Below, piece by piece: positions 58,659-64,000 of a stretch of DNA of 64,000 nt. Made by a program: the position numbers and the translations under genes. This DNA comes from Eledone cirrhosa. Taxonomy: Eukaryota. The stretch lies in contig OZ024742.1 of assembly GCA_964016885.1 (NCBI GenBank), positions 343,852,001 through 343,916,000 on the forward strand, given 5' to 3'. The notes beneath the pieces are model-generated. The model searched no databases. It worked only from the letters and a program-made list of their open reading frames with translations, and was not told where the DNA came from. Position 1 is the stretch's first letter, and each line of letters opens with the position of its first letter.

Positions 58659-59199
58659 TTATACTATATTATATTATATTATATTATATTATATTATATT
58701 ATATTATATTATATTATATTATATTAATTCAGTAGAATAGTAAATTGTGTATTTCACGACCTTCTAATGAAGCTATGATACTATCAGAGAATTTTTTTCG
58801 CCTCAAATTAAACTGAAATCGTATCGCAATAATTCACCCGCTTGTTCTTAATATGTCTTTGATATATTTAAATGATACGTTGAAATAATATTTTACTTAA
58901 TTCGAAAAAGAAGTTGGTTCGTTTTCTGGTTCTGCCAATATATTTTTGCGGTTAATGTTTGCTACATTTTCAAACTATACAATCTTCAAATTATACAATG
59001 TTGGGGATATTATATAAAGATAAAAACAAAATTAAATAATAAAGAACTAAGGGGAAAGGTTAAACAAGGGCGGATTTGGCTGTATAAGAAAGTAGAGGAA
59101 GGGACTATAGATACCATAAATATGAAGAAAAGGAGGGAAAGAGCAAGGACAATTAGACAACGGGAGAAAGAAAGGGGGAAGGTAGAGGGTGTCAAACTG

Positions 59200-59450
59200 T
59201 GCTTTGGTCGGGGTGGTGTTTCGGCTGTACCGCGCGGACAAACCTGCAAAAGTATTTCCGCAGACAATGGCGACACTTGCTGCAAGTGCCACCCCACCTC
59301 GCGAAGCTCATTTCACACAGATGGGCTGCTGACATTCTGAATTTACGAAGGAGCAGCTCGGCTGTACGGGGTCCTAGGACGCCCCATATCTTGATGGCAA
59401 CCGGTGCAAAGAGTTTATGTCCAGCCATGATTTCCTTCGAGTGTTCTTCT
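59200..59450 (-). mobile_element. Degenerate CRE-like RLE tail
   Basis: FAPVAIKIWGVLGPRTAELL and VAIVCGN motifs. Confidence 0.6.
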
Positions 59451-61055
59451 TAGGGTGGGCCTAGGTGCATTGTTGATTCTGGATTCTATTTATTTGGCTC
59501 ATTACCAGATTAACTGAATTTAGCTGATCGCCCTGCTGCCAACGTCAATGAAAGTTATAATTGTAATTTTTTTATCGAGCGACCAAAAATTTCCAGTAAT
59601 GGCCACCCAATTTTCTGTAAAGACAAAATCATCAAATACTTCATTTTTTAAGGCAGTAGTGTATGATTTGAAGATGATTTGGCTACTATTTCTATCGCCT
59701 ACAGAGATTATCTAGAGACTTCTTAATTGGTTCGTGAGAAAAAAAGTTTAAATGGACTGCTGTATTATTAAACGAAGTTTAATAATACAAGATAAGGCGG
59801 TAGATTGGCAGTATCGGTATAGGGTCGGAGGCCATGCTTTGCAGCATAGAGTTACATCCTTCTATGGTCTGAGTTCAAATCCCGCCAAGGTTAACTTTGC
59901 CTTTCATCCTTACGTTGTCAATAAAATAAAGTACCAGTAATGTACTGGAATAATTGCTGACCTTGTGCTAAAGGAAGAAACAATTATTAAAAGAAGTTTA
60001 GGTGCGGAGCTTTCTGGTTAAGAGATGTTCGGCTTACGATTGCAAGGTCGTGAGTTCGATTCTAGCGAGTTGTGTCTTTGAGCAAAACGCTTTCTTTCCC
60101 TTCCTCCACTCCACCTAGCTGACAAAAGGTGGAGTGGAAGAAGGGAATTAATTAAAAAGGTCGACCATGTTACACATTATGTCACGCTGAATCTCCCTGA
60201 GAACTAGGTTTAACGCGCACGTGTCTGGAGTGAAATGATTAATCATTTCTTGCACGTTAATTTAGAAAGCAGACTTTTCTGTTGGTCAAACAACTAGAGA
60301 AATAGTCGTTGGAACAGACTGACACGAGCATACACCCACACGTACAGACACACACGAGCACTCACACAGGAGCCCCCCCCCCCCACACACACGCACACAC
60401 ACACACGAACACAAGAGCACACACACAAGCACACAAGCACACACACACGCAAGTACACCCGTACACATGAGCCCACACACGAGCATACACACATGAGCAT
60501 ACACACACACAGACATAGAGACACACAGTTGAAAAATCAACTTAGAGAAGAAAAAAAACAAAAATAAAAATAACAACCAACAAAAACACTGACACAAAAT
60601 TGAACTCGAAGAATAATCAGTTGGGTAATTTAATCCAGTGACATTTCAATAGATTAAAATATATTTAATTAGTAATTAATAAGCGATTGATATGATAGAA
60701 GAAAAAACAGAAGGTGCCACTAAAAATCTTGCTCAGAATTCTTTTCCCATCCATTCAAAGAAGGATTAATTTATAACGTGGTCGACATATTTTTTTTACT
60801 TTACCACAATAGATTTTTCCTGGTTGAGATTAGTAGAAGCATTACTTTCCTAATGTCACATTTTATCTACAATATAAAAGAAGTTAATTATATTAAAAAG
60901 AGGTTGCGACCGACCGACAGTATCAGCAAAAAAGACCAGTGGAAAAAATTGTTTCCTTGGTCCGATCTCTGAAGATCAACTCTTTTCCTATCCCACCATT
61001 TCCTTTCCTCTAAAAGAATATATATTTATACACACACACACATACGCACACACAT

Positions 61056-61098
<43 letters not shown>

Positions 61099-61137
61099 CA
61101 GTATATATATATATATACATACATACATATATGTATA

Positions 61138-61185
<48 letters not shown>

Positions 61186-61209
61186 TACATAAATATATGT
61201 ATATGTATA

Positions 61210-61247
<38 letters not shown>

Positions 61248-61271
61248 TACATAAATATATGTATATGTATA

Positions 61272-61302
<31 letters not shown>

Positions 61303-61308
<6 letters not shown>

Positions 61309-62350
61309 ATACTTTGGGAGGGTCATGTTGCCAATAAGAAACACACGCACCATTTGTTTTCACTTCAATTTATTATAATAAATTTATAAATTTAGGAATT
61401 TATAAATTTCCGGTTGGTTGGTTGGTTCCACAACCAGATGGTTGTTTATATATTGTCAAAGTTCTTTCGTCACACATTCTGTGACCTCTTCAGTGACTGG
61501 GGATTCTTTTCTTTGTTTTTGTGCCTCTCCTTTGTTCTGTCCTACGCCATCTTTTTTCTGTGTGTGTGTTGTGTGCTCAGTCTGCGCATGCGCCGCAGCA
61601 GGGTGTCTGTGTGTGTTTATATTCGTTTATTTATTTGTTTATTTACATGTTACTGGTTGTTTGTTCTATGTGCGTGTGTGTTTTCATTTTGTCCTTAATT
61701 GTAAGTTGTGATGTTGCTGTTCCACTCATGTTTTCTATTTAATTTTGGTTGTAATTCTTTTATTTTTATTGCCTCTGTGATTTGTCTAAACATTGCGTCT
61801 TTTCTGTGTGTAGATTTTATTTTTATTTCTATGTTCTCTAATTTACCCTTATGTTCTATTTTAGCATGTTGGTAGAGTACAGATGATTCTTTACTATCTT
61901 GAAGGTCTCGCCAGTGTTCATTTATCCGTTCTCCTATACTACGAGCTGTCTCACCTATGTACACTATATTTTTATCTCTACATTGTCCTTCAGTACATCT
62001 TATGCTATATACTACATTTCTAGTTTTACAGTTAATATAGGGGCTTAATTTACAGGTTATACATTTCTTATCTATACAGGGGGGTCTTTGAAAAGGGTAT
62101 GTCTTGCTAATAAGTGTTTTTATGGAGGTCACAGAATGTGTGACGAAAGAACTTTGACAATATATAAACAACCATCTGGTTGTAGAACCAACCAACCAAC
62201 CGGAAATTTATAAATTTATTATAATAAATTGAAGTGAAAGCAACTGGTGCGTGTGTTTCTTATTGGCAACATGACCCTCCCAAAGTATAACAATATCGAT
62301 TTCAACACACCTTTTCAGATAAAGAATCTTGCTAAACAAATTCAGAAACG

Positions 62351-62353
<3 letters not shown>
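61303..62353 (-). mobile_element. 5'-truncated PLE: inverted pLTR (62125-62353) + GIY-YIG (61695-62124) + 3' pLTR with hammerhead (61455-61497)
   Basis: CITC..NCKTRNVVYSIRC..YIGETARSIGERINEH; 62125-62295 mirrors 61303-61488; both ends in (TA)n. Confidence 0.9.
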
Positions 62354-62388
<35 letters not shown>

Positions 62389-62392
62389 ATGC

Positions 62393-62423
<31 letters not shown>

Positions 62424-62428
62424 CACAG

Positions 62429-62534
<106 letters not shown>

Positions 62535-62609
62535 ACACATATATATATATGTGTGTGTGTGCATGTGTGTGTGTATGTATGCATATATATTAACATACAT
62601 AAGCCCTAT

Positions 62610-62960
62610 TAACTTTTGCGGTTCAATTACTGATAATGAAACTACTGGAGAGAATTAATAGATATTTCGCTGAGGGATATGGAACAAAGAATTGTAAAGA
62701 CTCAGTTTTCTTATGAGACGGAATATACCAAGACAGAGAGATCAAAATTAACCAGAGAGATACATAGAGATAACGTAGAGAAATACATAACCAAAACTCC
62801 AACAAAAACAAAAAATAATACTGCTAGGTACCGCACAAATATTACGAAGAGTACTCTTAATGAATTAGAAACAACACCCGCCAAAACGACACTGCACACA
62901 AGGTGCACAGAGCTGTGCTCGGTAATGCAGTGACTGCGTGGAAAATAATAATAATAATAA
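62610..62960 (+). mobile_element. R4/Dong-like (RLE) LINE 3' remnant with (TAA)n tail
   Basis: EKYITK.. and KIILLGTAQILRRVL motif followed by (aat)n. Confidence 0.6.
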
Positions 62961-63279
62961 TTGTTTCTACTTTAGGCACAAGGCCAGCAATTACCCAGTG
63001 CATTACTGGTACTTTATTTTATCGACCCCGTAAGGATGAAAGGCAAAGTCAACCTCGGCGGGATTTGAACTCAGAATAGCAACGGCCGTAACTCTATACG
63101 TCAAAGCACTATCCCATCACCGCCGCCACCACTCCTTCATTGCTACCACTGCTACCCCACCACTACCTTCTGTTAACTTACGAAAGGGGAGGATGGCGAT
63201 ATAACTAGACAATATTGATAAACAAGATTAATATTTAATTTTGGATCAGGAATGTTGGAGTCGAAAATGGCAAAATGAC

Positions 63280-63795
63280 TAAACGACTACAGATTATTAT
63301 TTCACCACCAATACCACCACCACTGCCACGATGAAAACTCTGGTCAAATCGGCTCAAATTTATACCCAACTACAACACCATCACTACAGTAATACGACCA
63401 CATCACCACCACTACTAAACGACTACAGATTACTGTTTCACCACCAATAACACCACCACTACCACGATGAAAACTCTGGTCAAATCGACTCAAATTTATA
63501 CCCCAACTACAACACCATCACTACAGTAATACGACCACACCACCACCACCACTGCCTCAGTATCGCTACCGTCGCTATTCTCTCCCACTGCCTCCTACTG
63601 GTTGCTGCTAGCACAGCACCACCACCACATTGTAGAATTCCTACTAAAAGAGGACACCATTACTACAGTAATACGACCACATCACCACCACCACTGCCTC
63701 AGTATCGCTACCGCCGCTGTTCTCTCTCCCACTGCCTCCTGCTGGTTGCTGCTAGCACAGCACCGCCACCACATTGTAGAATTCCTACTAAAAAA
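63280..63795. repeat. Two overlapping local tandem duplications of about 135-140 bp
   Basis: 63277-63410 approximates 63412-63548; 63515-63650 approximates 63655-63792. Confidence 0.85.
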
Positions 63796-64000
63796 GAGGA
63801 AGGCATCAAAATATATAGATAGACTCAAAAGAAAAAACAAAAATCAAAATCAAAGCAGCACAGCAACAACAACAAAACAAAAAATAAAAACAAAAAAAAA
63901 AACAAAAAAAAAAAAACGTAAAAAAAATAAGAATGAAGAGAGAAACAAACGAACGAACAGAGAAAGGAAGGGAAAAACTAAGTCAGACATTCGAACACTA

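Noticed and set aside
62295-62325. CTGAAAA...GAAA-TCGA-TA hammerhead-like motif in the pLTR tip (also 53485-53510)
   Set aside because: G8 missing (C3.A8 mismatch) and no stem I pairing

Overview
AT-rich, repeat-saturated animal genomic DNA. The SINE families and (TA)n/(CA)n/(TATG)n landscape look like a coleoid cephalopod, most likely an octopus (inference from memory, not a search). Almost all long ORFs in the six-frame track are microsatellite artefacts. Real content: (i) a full-length but disrupted L1/Tx1-clade LINE (57-5458) in a (TCTA)n(TA)n tract with an 18-bp TSD, a second 5'-intact copy (46180-48586, minus) and two 3'-end remnants, one fused to a SINE inside an 11-bp TSD; (ii) many Penelope-like element (PLE) remnants (RT, GIY-YIG, inverted pseudo-LTR fold-backs) carrying about 19 hand-folded type I hammerhead ribozyme motifs from several unrelated families, including a CCGANGA/long-stem-II variant and a 428-bp tandem retrozyme-like repeat; (iii) CRE, RTE, R4, mariner, hAT, pogo-like MITE and Helitron remnants, dozens of tRNA-derived SINEs and several minisatellites; (iv) a probable minus-strand host gene for a secreted protein (CCAAT/TATA, signal-peptide exon at 25702-25767) with candidate downstream exons, including a diverged duplicated Cys-containing pair at 16-17 kb. 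Folds and alignments were done by eye, and boundaries of degenerate repeats are approximate.
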